A model generated the notes under the pieces. The model was not told the DNA's origin. It was given only the letters and a program-made list of their open reading frames with translations, and did no database searches. From an uncultured Bacteroidaceae bacterium (GTDB lineage: Bacteria; Bacillota; Clostridia; Christensenellales; CAG-917), in NCBI GenBank assembly GCA_964604875.1, contig CAZSAC010000001.1, forward strand, positions 30,730 to 94,729: a stretch of DNA of 64,000 bases, written 5' to 3'. Of the stretch, positions 10,863 to 20,327 are shown in pieces (the first letter of the stretch is position 1; every line of letters begins with the position of its first letter). The translations under genes were made by a program, and so were the position numbers.

Positions 10863-11585
10863 TTACACCGTCAAAACAACACCCCAAATAAGCTTAAACA
10901 ATTTATCAACAATGGTTTGCACCCACTCAAAATACATTCCAAAAATATCCAAAGCAGGGGCGATATTGCCCAAAAGTCGGCTTAAAATGATAACGCCTAA
11001 AAGCACGAAAGAACCATATTGCTCCATAAACTTTACATATGGATTGGTAGGTTTTGTAAATGCTTGAACAACCCTAAAGCCGTCAAGCGGATAAATCGGC
11101 AATAAGTTAAAAGCAATTAAACTTACATTGATTAATGTGCTGAAATAGAAGAAATAATAAAGCAATTTAAACATCGCATAGACAAAATTGCTTTTTACCA
11201 AAACGTCGGACGGCACCAATAAAACCAAGTTTGAAAGCCCAAAACACAAAAACGCGATAATCAAATTCATCGTTACGCCGGAAATTGCCGTTGTAAAAAT
11301 GCCAACGCGCTTGTTTTTAAAATTATCGGGGTTTATCGGCACAGGCTTTGCCCAACCAAATCCCACAATGAAAAACATTAACAAGCCGTACACGTCGAAA
11401 TGCGCCTTTGGATTAAGGCTTAATCGCCCTGATAATTTGGCAACTAAATCACCATTTTTATAGGCAACCCAAGCATGCGCCCACTCGTGAAGCATAATCG
11501 CCATAATAACAGCGGCGGTAAACGATATTATAAGTATAAATTTGTCCTGCGCGGACAAGTTTGAAATCAAAATATTAATAATCAT
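10863..11585 (-). CDS. Peptidase M50 / site-2 protease family membrane metalloprotease
   Basis: 240 aa multi-TM; HEWAHAW (HExxH) in TM region and downstream LPIYPLDG motif. Confidence 0.75.
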   Translation of the reverse strand: MIINILISNLSAQDKFILIISFTAAVIMAIMLHEWAHAWVAYKNGDLVAKLSGRLSLNPKAHFDVYGLLMFFIVGFGWAKPVPINPDNFKNKRVGIFTTAISGVTMNLIIAFLCFGLSNLVLLVPSDVLVKSNFVYAMFKLLYYFFYFSTLINVSLIAFNLLPIYPLDGFRVVQAFTKPTNPYVKFMEQYGSFVLLGVIILSRLLGNIAPALDIFGMYFEWVQTIVDKLFKLIWGVVLTV

Positions 11586-12913
11586 ATAGTTTCCTTTTTA
11601 AAGCGGTCGGGTATACAGTCGTTTCTGAGCAAATCGTCGTAGGTTTGCGGTTTAACAATATATTCTGCAATCCCGTCTTTAACCAAAACCACAGGCGGAA
11701 CAAGATTTTTATTGTAATTACTGCTCATAGAATGGTTATATGCTCCGGTTGAAAAAACGGCGATTATATCACCCTGACGGGGGGTTTGAATTTTAACATC
11801 TTTTGAAATTAAATCTCCACTTTCGCAACATTTTCCTGCCAATGTGATGTTATCGTTTATGCTATCGTTTGCTCTGTTTGCAATTATTGCCGAGTATTTA
11901 GCGTCATATAAAGCATATCTCGGATTATCAAACATACCGCCGTCTATAGCAACGTATTTACGTAAATGCTCAATGTTTTTAATTGTTCCCACCGTATAAA
12001 GCGTTATACCCGCCTCCGCAACCAGCGAGCGTCCCGGTTCAATAATCAAATGCGGTTTTTTAATATTCAAACGCGACACGGTTTCCAAAAGCTTTTGACA
12101 AAGTTTTTGCGTAAAATCCGCATAGTCTGTTGGAGAAAACTTATGGTCGGCGTCAGTATAATAGACGCCCCAGCCTCCGCCAACGTTTAACGCGGGACAA
12201 GACACGCCTATGCTTTCCAAGTGCTTTATGTAATTGCATACGATGTCAATAGTCATAGCGTAAGGTTCAAACTCAAAAATTTGCGAACCGATATGAAACG
12301 CCAAACCGTAAAACCTAATATTTTTATAATTGGAAATGCTCAAAATAGACTTATCTAAATCGATGTCGTTGATTTGAATGCCGAATTTGCTGTCAACCTT
12401 TGCAGTCTGAATAAAATCGTGCGTATGCGCCTCAACGCCGGGATTGACTCTAATCATTACGTTTTGAATATGGTTATATTTTTCTGCTAAAGCATTGATG
12501 GAAACAAGCTCGTCCTCGTTTTCGATAACTATGCAACCGATTTTATTTGAAATGGCAAGCTCTAACTCAGCAAAAAGTTTATTGTTTCCGTGGAAATATG
12601 CCTTATTTAATGGAAAACCCGCTTTTTTAGCGCAGTAAATTTCACCGCCCGAAACAACGTCGGCAGAAAGGCCTAGCTCTTTTAAAATTGCATACATCGC
12701 AAGGCTTGAAAAAGCTTTAGAGGCATAGGCGATTTCACCGTCGCCATAAAACTTTTTGACTGCGCCGGTATACGCCGAAGCAACCTCTGTTATATACTGC
12801 TCGTCTAAGACGTAAAGAGGTGTGCCGAAAGACTTTGCAAGCGAAACCGTATCACAACCTCCGATTTCCAAATGTTCGTCTTTGTTTATTTTTAACGTGT
12901 TTCTACTATTCAT
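11582..12913 (-). CDS. lysA: Diaminopimelate decarboxylase
   Basis: 443 aa; PLP fold-III decarboxylase pattern (YASKAF, HIGSQ, EPGRSLVA, CESGD). Confidence 0.9.
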   Translation of the reverse strand: MNSRNTLKINKDEHLEIGGCDTVSLAKSFGTPLYVLDEQYITEVASAYTGAVKKFYGDGEIAYASKAFSSLAMYAILKELGLSADVVSGGEIYCAKKAGFPLNKAYFHGNNKLFAELELAISNKIGCIVIENEDELVSINALAEKYNHIQNVMIRVNPGVEAHTHDFIQTAKVDSKFGIQINDIDLDKSILSISNYKNIRFYGLAFHIGSQIFEFEPYAMTIDIVCNYIKHLESIGVSCPALNVGGGWGVYYTDADHKFSPTDYADFTQKLCQKLLETVSRLNIKKPHLIIEPGRSLVAEAGITLYTVGTIKNIEHLRKYVAIDGGMFDNPRYALYDAKYSAIIANRANDSINDNITLAGKCCESGDLISKDVKIQTPRQGDIIAVFSTGAYNHSMSSNYNKNLVPPVVLVKDGIAEYIVKPQTYDDLLRNDCIPDRFKKETI

Positions 12914-13011
12914 AAAACCTCAACAAATAAAACTTTATTCTATTTTACCAAAAATACGATATTGTGTCAATTTAAATTATATAAATACAACATATAGTAT
13001 TATTTAATTTT

Positions 13012-13049
13012 TACAAAAAGAAAAACGGTGAAAAATTATTTCACCGTTT
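13012..13049 (-). terminator. Rho-independent terminator after the D-Ala-D-Ala carboxypeptidase gene
   Basis: Minus strand gaaacggtgaaa-loop-tttcaccgttt followed by ttctttttg. Confidence 0.8.
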
Positions 13050-13067
13050 CTCATAGTCTACTTTATT

Positions 13068-14222
13068 TTACCAGTTTTCTGTTATTCTTTTTATAATATC
13101 GGATAAACGAGCTTTCTCTACTGTTTCGTTAGCTAATATATTAACCTCCGCGATAACTTTTCCACCTTTTATTATAACTGCCTTTCCAACAACGTCGCCC
13201 TTTTGGATTGGCGCAGAAACAATATTAGGCAATTCGAAATTTACCTCTATTGCGCCTTCATCTCCTCGTTTCGTAAAAGCTGAAATATTCTTTTCGGGTA
13301 TAAGTTCTATACAAGGTTTACGTCCATTTTTTACTTCGATACGTTGTTCTAAGGGTTGATTGGCAGGATATAATACCCTATTTTCATATGCGCCAAAAGC
13401 ATAGTTAAACATATCGGATATATCTTTAAACCGTGTTTTTGAGTCGGGTTCACCAATTACTGTTGCGATAACACGCATATCGTTGCGTTTTGCCGATGCC
13501 GATAAACAGAACTTTGCCTCAGCAGTAAATCCGGTTTTTCCGCTGTCGCAACCTTTATAAAACCGTATTAATTTGTTTGTATTTGTCATTGTGGTTACTC
13601 GCCCGTCAGGGTGTTGATAGTCTTCCAACCATATTCCGCAAAACTCATAGTAAAGATTATGCGACAAAAGGCTTCTAAGCATAATTGAAACGTCTTTGGC
13701 TGTTGAGTATTGATTCATTGCGGGCAGTCCTGTGCAATTACTAAAAAGCGTATTTTCCATACCTAATTCTTTGGCGCGTTTATTCATCATTTTTACAAAC
13801 CCCGCTTCACTTCCGCCAATTTTTTCCGCCATAACGTGCGCGCTGTCATTTGCGCTCGCAACGACGATTGACTTGATTAAATCGCTTGCCTTATGCTTTG
13901 TATGAGCGTCTAAAAATATTTGCGAACCGCCCATCGCCGCGCTTTCGGGGCTTACTTCAATCTCATCTGTCAGCTTAAACTCGCCTCTATTGATAGCCTC
14001 AAAGCATAGCAAAGATGTCATAATTTTTACCATACTTGCAATTTGAAGTTTCTCGTTTTCATTTTGCTTATATATAACGGTGCCAGTATCAAAATCCATT
14101 AAATACGCCGATTTAGCGCTGGTAGTGATTTCGCTCACGGCAGCAGATGCAAAACCGCTTGAGCCGAATATAACACCAAACATTACGGCTATTGCCGTTA
14201 AAATCAAAACTGTTTTTTTCAT
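13068..14222 (-). CDS. Serine-type D-alanyl-D-alanine carboxypeptidase (PBP5 family, DacB/DacF-like)
   Basis: 384 aa; signal peptide; SxxK (SMVK), SxN (SAN), KTG (GKTGFT) motifs. Confidence 0.88.
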   Translation of the reverse strand: MKKTVLILTAIAVMFGVIFGSSGFASAAVSEITTSAKSAYLMDFDTGTVIYKQNENEKLQIASMVKIMTSLLCFEAINRGEFKLTDEIEVSPESAAMGGSQIFLDAHTKHKASDLIKSIVVASANDSAHVMAEKIGGSEAGFVKMMNKRAKELGMENTLFSNCTGLPAMNQYSTAKDVSIMLRSLLSHNLYYEFCGIWLEDYQHPDGRVTTMTNTNKLIRFYKGCDSGKTGFTAEAKFCLSASAKRNDMRVIATVIGEPDSKTRFKDISDMFNYAFGAYENRVLYPANQPLEQRIEVKNGRKPCIELIPEKNISAFTKRGDEGAIEVNFELPNIVSAPIQKGDVVGKAVIIKGGKVIAEVNILANETVEKARLSDIIKRITENW

Positions 14223-14262
14223 AAATCACCTCTATCAAATAGCTTGTAGATATATGAAATTT

Positions 14263-14841
14263 TTATTCATCAATATATTTTGGCGTTGCAATCTCAAACA
14301 AGCACGAAAATAAAGCGAACAATATACAAAGTATGATGACGTTTATAAGAAAGACCAAAAGCAACTTTTTTAAAACCATTTTAGCCACTTGCCAACATAC
14401 ACTACATTTGCAAGAAGTGTATGGCGAAATTAAGGCTAACGCCGCATTCAGCAATAAAAAAGATGCGATGAAGTTTGGAATATATATAAACAAAATGCTT
14501 CCAAAAACCATAATCGAAAAATCATTAAAGAAAACGCCAAAAGCGCACCCGGCGAACATTCCTAAAATTGAAAATACCAAATAACCAAATATACTTAGCC
14601 AGCGCGATAGCGTTGATAAAAACAAACAGAAATAACATAAAAAAATCAAGCCTAAAAACCAAACAAGCGCTTGTTTGGAATTAAAAACCACTTCGATTTC
14701 ATCAGGAAGATTTATACACAGAATACCAAACACCAACCCAATTAAAAACAGTATAGCGTTTAGGATTATTACCCAACGGTATTCTTTAAAAAAATCACGT
14801 ATAATAAATTCAATATTTTGCTTGGCGTATGCTTTCACCAA
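14263..14841 (-). CDS. Multi-pass membrane protein of unknown function (architecture loosely SpoIIM-like); start codon uncertain (TTG/GTG, no SD)
   Basis: 192 aa with about 5 predicted TM helices; 27 nt downstream of the Spo0A_C gene, same strand. Confidence 0.4.
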   Translation of the reverse strand: MVKAYAKQNIEFIIRDFFKEYRWVIILNAILFLIGLVFGILCINLPDEIEVVFNSKQALVWFLGLIFLCYFCLFLSTLSRWLSIFGYLVFSILGMFAGCAFGVFFNDFSIMVFGSILFIYIPNFIASFLLLNAALALISPYTSCKCSVCWQVAKMVLKKLLLVFLINVIILCILFALFSCLFEIATPKYIDE

Positions 14842-14868
14842 ACAAAATATATGCGCAACTTTTCAGTA

Positions 14869-15213
14869 TTATGCTTGTCTGGCTATGCTTTGCAGAGATA
14901 ATAACGCCGTCATAATGAACTGTTTGTTTGAAGGTTTACCTTTTCTCATATCAATGGTTTCGCCAAACTCGTCATACAAATTATTAACGTCGCCCTTAAG
15001 CCAAGCGGTTGAAATTGCATTTTGTACGTCTTTTTCAATGGCGGCGATTGATTTGTTATATTTATTTGACAGCCTGACATAGCCGGTATATTTTAACGGA
15101 AGCAACTCGTGTCCTTCCATTCCGCATTTTAAAAGTTCCGCCAAATATCTATAGCCCAGTTTATTTGGCACAAAGCCCAACTTTAGTAGGTATTCGGAAA
15201 TTAATTTGTCCAT
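14869..15213 (-). CDS. Stand-alone Spo0A C-terminal (DNA-binding) domain protein, no receiver domain
   Basis: 114 aa; aligns by eye to the B. subtilis Spo0A effector domain (LGYRYLAELL ~ KGYLYLREAI; IEKDVQNAISTAWLKGD ~ VERAIRHAIEVAWSRGN; KGKPSNKQFIMTAL ~ KAKPTNSEFIAMVA); strong SD GGAGGAG; only 96 nt separate it from the spoIVB stop. Confidence 0.85.
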   Translation of the reverse strand: MDKLISEYLLKLGFVPNKLGYRYLAELLKCGMEGHELLPLKYTGYVRLSNKYNKSIAAIEKDVQNAISTAWLKGDVNNLYDEFGETIDMRKGKPSNKQFIMTALLSLQSIARQA

Positions 15214-15309
15214 ATTCTCCTCCGCCCTACTAAGCTAACACATTTTCAATCACGGATTTTGAAACTTTTTGCAAAATAAAATAAAAAATGCTTGAATTAT
15301 ATAAAATTT

Positions 15310-16377
15310 TTAAGCCGCTTCAAAATTTTCTTTGTCTCCCGCGCCCGCCAAAAGCATATTTTCAATATAAATTCCATAGCCTCTTTCAGGATTATTCACA
15401 AAAACGTGAGTAACCGCCCCGATAAGTCTGCCATTTTGTAAAATCGGGCTTCCGCTCATACCTTGAACAATTCCACCCGTTGCAGAAAGCAGACGTTCGT
15501 CTTTTATATTGATAACAAAATTTTTGATTGTTGCCGCCTTGCCGATGCTTACTTTTACTATTTCGATTTCATAGTATTGCGGAATCTCCCCGGAAACTGT
15601 GGAATAAATAAAAGCTTTTCCAATTTCTATTTGGTTGGGAGATGCAATCTCAACCAATTGCGCATTAGCAGGAAGTTCGTCGTATGTCCCGAAAATACCG
15701 CAAATATTGTTTCTGTCAATTCCGCCTATTTTACCGTCTATCATACTAAATGAGCCTTTTAGTTCCCCCGCAACGCCGTCTTGAGCTTTTTTAATCCCCG
15801 TGATTTTACACGAATAAATAAAACCCTTGTTTAAGTCAGACGACAACCCCGTTTGCGAATCTAATATATGGTGTCCAAGCGCGCCGAAGCGTTTGTCTTT
15901 TGTTATATATGTTAGCGTACCTATCCCTGTAATGTTATCTTTAACGCTTATTCCAAGTTTAAATTCTTTTGTCAAAACGTCCTTTGCCAAATTTACGGTT
16001 TTGGTTAAAACCTCTCCATTTCTAATATATTTAAGCGCCGCAACCTTAAAATTGTTTCCATTGATTATTTTGGCAATATCCGTAGAAGAGCGCACAGGTA
16101 ACTCGTTTATTGACATCAAAATATCACCCGGTTTGACATCGTCAGAACTTAACGGCTTGACAACGCCTCTATCGGTTATAACATATGAAGCGCCCGTTAT
16201 AATGACGCCTTCCGTACCGATAGACACACCAACGGGTATTCCGCCCAAATATACTCTCGCGCCGTTAAAGTTTATAGCTTCCGATGACGTGATATCAACA
16301 CTTAATGCTGAAAGTCCGCTAACTGTGGCAAATAAAAAAACAACAAATATTATGGATTTCGTTAAAACGCTTTTCAT
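15310..16377 (-). CDS. spoIVB: SpoIVB signalling serine peptidase (S55) with PDZ domain
   Basis: 355 aa; N-terminal TM, PDZ (GDILMSINE), catalytic region GMSGSPI; recN-spoIVB-spo0A synteny. Confidence 0.9.
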   Translation of the reverse strand: MKSVLTKSIIFVVFLFATVSGLSALSVDITSSEAINFNGARVYLGGIPVGVSIGTEGVIITGASYVITDRGVVKPLSSDDVKPGDILMSINELPVRSSTDIAKIINGNNFKVAALKYIRNGEVLTKTVNLAKDVLTKEFKLGISVKDNITGIGTLTYITKDKRFGALGHHILDSQTGLSSDLNKGFIYSCKITGIKKAQDGVAGELKGSFSMIDGKIGGIDRNNICGIFGTYDELPANAQLVEIASPNQIEIGKAFIYSTVSGEIPQYYEIEIVKVSIGKAATIKNFVINIKDERLLSATGGIVQGMSGSPILQNGRLIGAVTHVFVNNPERGYGIYIENMLLAGAGDKENFEAA

Positions 16378-16385
16378 ATCAAATG

Positions 16386-16414
16386 TAGTGTGATAACGAT
16401 TAAATAAAATATTC
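16386..16414 (-). promoter_or_regulatory. Candidate forespore (sigma-F/G type) promoter for spoIVB
   Basis: Minus strand GAATA-17 nt-CACACTA resembles sigma-G GHATR-17/18-CAHWHTA; the -10 ends 8 nt before the ATG. Confidence 0.35.
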
Positions 16415-16441
16415 GACTTATAAAATCAAATTATTTTGAAA

Positions 16442-18163
16442 TTATTGGTTATTTTCTGAGACAACTTGGCTTTTATATCCGTTAGAATGCGATTTCATTT
16501 CCTTTGCGTGAGGAATTGCGTGCTCACTGTAGCCCGAACCTCCAATAAGCCTTGCAATTTCGGAAATTTGACCATCAAAGTCCAAAAGCGATAATTCGGT
16601 TACGGTTTTTTCGCCCTTAGTAAATTTTTCAATTTTGTAATGTAAATCTGCCATACTGGCAAGTTGAGGAAGATGCGTAACAGCGATAACCTGCCTATCA
16701 CAAGAAATATTAAACAGTTTTTCAGCAACCACTTGAGCGATATTTCCGCTTATCCCCGTATCAATCTCATCAAATACGATAGTAAAGATATTATCTAATT
16801 TGGCAATTATGTTTTTAAGAGCCAACATAAATCGAGACATCTCACCGCCCGAGATAATTTTTGCAAGAGGTTTTTCAGGCTCGCCTACGTTTGCCGAAAT
16901 CAAAAATTCGACCTTGTCAAACCCTAGTTCTCCGCAGTCCTCAATCGATAAATCACCATTATCCGTAAAACTTACAACAAACTTAGAACCTTTCATTCCC
17001 AAGTCGTTGAGTTGTTTATTAATTTCTTTTTCCAAAACCTTAGCATTTGACCGTCTAAGCTTGCTTAGTTTGTCACATTGCAAAAGCAGTTGCTCCGCTG
17101 ATTTTTTAATTTCATTTTCAAGTCGAGCGCACTCATCGTCGGCATTGGAAAGCAAATCAAACTCAGCCTTAGCTTGTTTTAAAAAGTCTAAAGCGGTGTC
17201 AACGCTTCCACCGAACTTTCGAGAAAGCGACCTGACAAGCTCCAACCGTTCTTCTATTTTTTCTGCGGAAAAATCGTCATATTGTAATTTATCTAAAATT
17301 TCTTCCAAGCTTTCAGAAATATCTTTTAATTCAATTTTTACGCTATCTAATCTTTCAACAAAACTTCCAAGTTGGTTATCAAACTCGCCCGCAATTGAAA
17401 GCATATTTTTTGCCTTATTCAACAAAGCGATAGCAGAAAGACCTTCAAAATTACCATTAAGCATTTCTTTACTGTCGGAGATAGAATTTACGATTTTTTC
17501 CATATTACGGAACTTTTTTCTTTGAGACAATAACTCGTCTTCCTCGCCAACAATTAAATCCGCTTTTTCCAGCTCATCAATTTGATAAGCCAAAATATCC
17601 AGTTTTCTTGCTCTATCGTCAGCATTTCCAAATTTATTATATTTTGATATCAGCTGCTTATATGTATAATATAAAGTTTTTACTTTTTCGATTTCGTTGC
17701 TAACGGCTTTCCCGCCGAAATTATCTAAAAGTTGTATATGCGAAGACGTGTTTAAAAGCGATTGATGCTCGTGCTGTCCGTGAATATCGACCATACGTTG
17801 CGTCAATCCTTTAAGCATTCCCAGTGTTGTTGTGTGTCCGTTAATTCTACACTCATTTTTACCGTTTATGCTCATAACACGACTTAATATCAATATTTCT
17901 TCAGCTTCAACGCCTATTTCAGTCAAATAATCTAAAACTTCAGAATTTTGATATTCTTCAAATACCGCCTCAACATAAGCGTTTTCTTCTCCAAAACGAA
18001 TTAACGTTTTATCAGCTCTTTCGCCCAAAACAAAGTTTAGAGAATCAATTATAATTGATTTTCCAGCGCCTGTTTCACCGCTTAATATGTTAAGACAGCA
18101 TCCAAACGATGCAGTCAAATTTTCTATAAGCGCTATGTTTTTTATGGTAATTTGTTTAAGCAT
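16442..18163 (-). CDS. recN: DNA repair protein RecN
   Basis: 573 aa; Walker A GETGAGKS, long coiled coil, signature SGGE, Walker B FDEID. Confidence 0.95.
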   Translation of the reverse strand: MLKQITIKNIALIENLTASFGCCLNILSGETGAGKSIIIDSLNFVLGERADKTLIRFGEENAYVEAVFEEYQNSEVLDYLTEIGVEAEEILILSRVMSINGKNECRINGHTTTLGMLKGLTQRMVDIHGQHEHQSLLNTSSHIQLLDNFGGKAVSNEIEKVKTLYYTYKQLISKYNKFGNADDRARKLDILAYQIDELEKADLIVGEEDELLSQRKKFRNMEKIVNSISDSKEMLNGNFEGLSAIALLNKAKNMLSIAGEFDNQLGSFVERLDSVKIELKDISESLEEILDKLQYDDFSAEKIEERLELVRSLSRKFGGSVDTALDFLKQAKAEFDLLSNADDECARLENEIKKSAEQLLLQCDKLSKLRRSNAKVLEKEINKQLNDLGMKGSKFVVSFTDNGDLSIEDCGELGFDKVEFLISANVGEPEKPLAKIISGGEMSRFMLALKNIIAKLDNIFTIVFDEIDTGISGNIAQVVAEKLFNISCDRQVIAVTHLPQLASMADLHYKIEKFTKGEKTVTELSLLDFDGQISEIARLIGGSGYSEHAIPHAKEMKSHSNGYKSQVVSENNQ

Positions 18164-18164
18164 T

Positions 18165-18617
18165 TTATAAAAGAGATTTAAGTTTCTCGACAGTATCCTC
18201 TACTGCGCTCCTGTGCTTTATCATAATTAGAATTGTGTCGTCGCCTGCTATACAACCCATAACATCGGATAATGACATTTTATCTATTAATGCAGCCGCA
18301 GAGTTTGCGCTACCGCTTAAAGTTTTGATAACAATAAAATTTTCAGAAAAATCTATCGACAAAACCGACTCTCTAAAAAGATTTAAAAGCTTATCTGACG
18401 TTTTATATTCCTGTATTTGTGGTTGGGAATATTTATAGCCCTTGTTGGCTGTCATTGTTTTGATTAGTCCAAGCTCCTTAATATCGCGCGAGACTGTGGC
18501 TTGTGTGACAACATAGCCCTCTTCTCTTAATGCTTCAGCAAGCGCCTCTTGCGTTTCGATTTCACGCTTAGATATAATCTCGACCAGTTTTAATTGTCTT
18601 GTACTGCGCGCCATCAT
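18165..18617 (-). CDS. argR: Arginine repressor
   Basis: 150 aa; winged-helix VTQATVSRDIKEL and C-terminal GTIAGDDT-like core (GCIAGDDTIL). Confidence 0.92.
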   Translation of the reverse strand: MMARSTRQLKLVEIISKREIETQEALAEALREEGYVVTQATVSRDIKELGLIKTMTANKGYKYSQPQIQEYKTSDKLLNLFRESVLSIDFSENFIVIKTLSGSANSAAALIDKMSLSDVMGCIAGDDTILIMIKHRSAVEDTVEKLKSLL

Positions 18618-18626
18618 TTTCCTCCG

Positions 18627-19472
18627 TTAGTTTATAGTTACGCCCCAATAGTTTAGTTTTTTAAGCAATTTATCATAAAATCCGTCATTTTTCAGTCTAA
18701 TAAATTGTGCGTTGTATCCTGCTTTATGGACTCTTACCTCTGCCATTTTTGAAACTTTTGCAACAAAGTTTCCGTCGATTATCAAGTCCGCATCCATATA
18801 AAGCTGTGGCGCAGAAACAGAAATTTCGTGACTGTCCGCCATAACAATCGGTCGGCTGTGCAGTGAGTGAGCGCAAATTGTATTTACAATAAACGCTTTG
18901 ATATCCGGCCCTAAAATCGGGCCTCCACAAGACAGCGAATAAGCCGTTGAACCTGTAGGAGTGCTTACAATTAAACCGTCGGCAAGATATTTATCCAACA
19001 GTTTATTGTCATATTCAACCTTTATTTGAATTGGACGGGTATTGCTTCCTTTTGAAAGAACCACATCGTTAAGCGCATAGTATTTATCATTTTTGTAGGT
19101 TGCCTCAAGCAAGGTACGCTCTTCAATAAAAAAGCCTCCGCCTATTACTTCAGAAATGGACTTTTCAATTTCCTGAGGGTCTATTTCTGTTAAAAAACCC
19201 ACGGTGCCGGTGTTTATAGACAAAATAGGAATACTGAGTTGACCAACGCCTTTAACAGCGTTTAAAACGGTACCGTCGCCTCCAAGCACAACCAACACGT
19301 CTGCTTTTTCAACACAATTTTCCAGTGGATAAACATCCTCTGAACCAAATTTTGTTTTACTGTTAGAAGAAAGAATATATGAGATTTTTTTATCAATAAG
19401 ACAATTTATTACACGCTTGGTTGCGTCCATATCAAAATCTTTTTCAAAATTTGCATATACAATAAATAGCAT
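18627..19472 (-). CDS. nadK: NAD kinase
   Basis: 281 aa; GGDGT motif and TPTGSTAYSLS motif. Confidence 0.92.
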   Translation of the reverse strand: MLFIVYANFEKDFDMDATKRVINCLIDKKISYILSSNSKTKFGSEDVYPLENCVEKADVLVVLGGDGTVLNAVKGVGQLSIPILSINTGTVGFLTEIDPQEIEKSISEVIGGGFFIEERTLLEATYKNDKYYALNDVVLSKGSNTRPIQIKVEYDNKLLDKYLADGLIVSTPTGSTAYSLSCGGPILGPDIKAFIVNTICAHSLHSRPIVMADSHEISVSAPQLYMDADLIIDGNFVAKVSKMAEVRVHKAGYNAQFIRLKNDGFYDKLLKKLNYWGVTIN

Positions 19473-19503
19473 AAATTACCCCAAATATTCGTGAATTATT
19501 TAT

Positions 19504-19532
19504 ATTATAAATCAATCTTTGACTAAAGTAAA
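19504..19532 (-). promoter_or_regulatory. Candidate internal sigma-A promoter upstream of nadK
   Basis: Minus strand TTTACT-17 nt-TATAAT. Confidence 0.45.
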
Positions 19533-19553
19533 TTAATTTATCTCTATTCTATA

Positions 19554-20327
19554 TTATTTCAATGCTAAAAAATCTGAATACTTTAATCTGTTGATAGTAT
19601 TATTTGTTTTTTCAAAAGCAAGCTTTACTGTGTACTCTATATTTTTATTTTTAAAATTTATTGGAACTGCGCATATGTTTTCCATATATAGTCCGATTGA
19701 ATTTGCATATTCCAAAACTTTGTTTATAACTTCCAGTCTTTCTTTTTTATCAACAACGACACCGCTTTTACCCGCGCGATGACCCAGTTCAAATTGAGGT
19801 TTAATCAAAGCGATTATACAGCCGTCTGGTTTCAACATAATACTTGCTGGCTTTAGTATATACTTTATCGAAATAAAACTAACGTCTATAGTAATTATGT
19901 CGGCATATTCGCCAATATCCTCAAAAACAAGCTCTCTTGCATTAAGTCTGTCCCGAATAACCACTCGACTGTCACGCTTAAGTTTATCAGAAAAAGCGCA
20001 CTCTGCCACGTCAACGGCAAAAACTTTTTTTGCGCCAAATTTTAAAAGACAATCGGTAAACCCCCCGTTTGACGCGCCTATATCAATGGCAGTTTTATTT
20101 ACAACGTCAAGTCTGAATACGTTGAAAGCTTTTTCAAGTTTATCCCCGCCCAAGCTCTCAAATTCTGCCGACGTATCAATTTCTATAACAGTATCGTCAT
20201 CGACCTCGGCAGATGGCTTGTCCGCAACAACTCCACCGATTTTAACCTTACCTTTTTTAATAAGGTTTAAGGCAAAGGTACGAGATTTGAGTTTATATTT
20301 TTCGAGAATATATAAATCAAGTCTCAT
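19554..20327 (-). CDS. tlyA: TlyA-family rRNA 2'-O-methyltransferase (S4 + FtsJ domains)
   Basis: 257 aa; N-terminal S4 RNA-binding region, SAM motif IDIGASNGGFTD. Confidence 0.85.
   Translation of the reverse strand: MRLDLYILEKYKLKSRTFALNLIKKGKVKIGGVVADKPSAEVDDDTVIEIDTSAEFESLGGDKLEKAFNVFRLDVVNKTAIDIGASNGGFTDCLLKFGAKKVFAVDVAECAFSDKLKRDSRVVIRDRLNARELVFEDIGEYADIITIDVSFISIKYILKPASIMLKPDGCIIALIKPQFELGHRAGKSGVVVDKKERLEVINKVLEYANSIGLYMENICAVPINFKNKNIEYTVKLAFEKTNNTINRLKYSDFLALK

Noticed and set aside
12914-13011. Lysine (L-box) riboswitch upstream of lysA
   Set aside because: Only ~100 nt of AT-rich sequence is available, with no multi-stem GC-containing structure. An L-box needs ~180 nt.
15214-15309. 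spo0A pseudogene (frameshifted receiver domain) upstream of the Spo0A_C ORF
   Set aside because: Only 96 nt of AT-rich promoter-like sequence lie between the spoIVB stop and the Spo0A_C start. No REC-like coding remnant can fit there.
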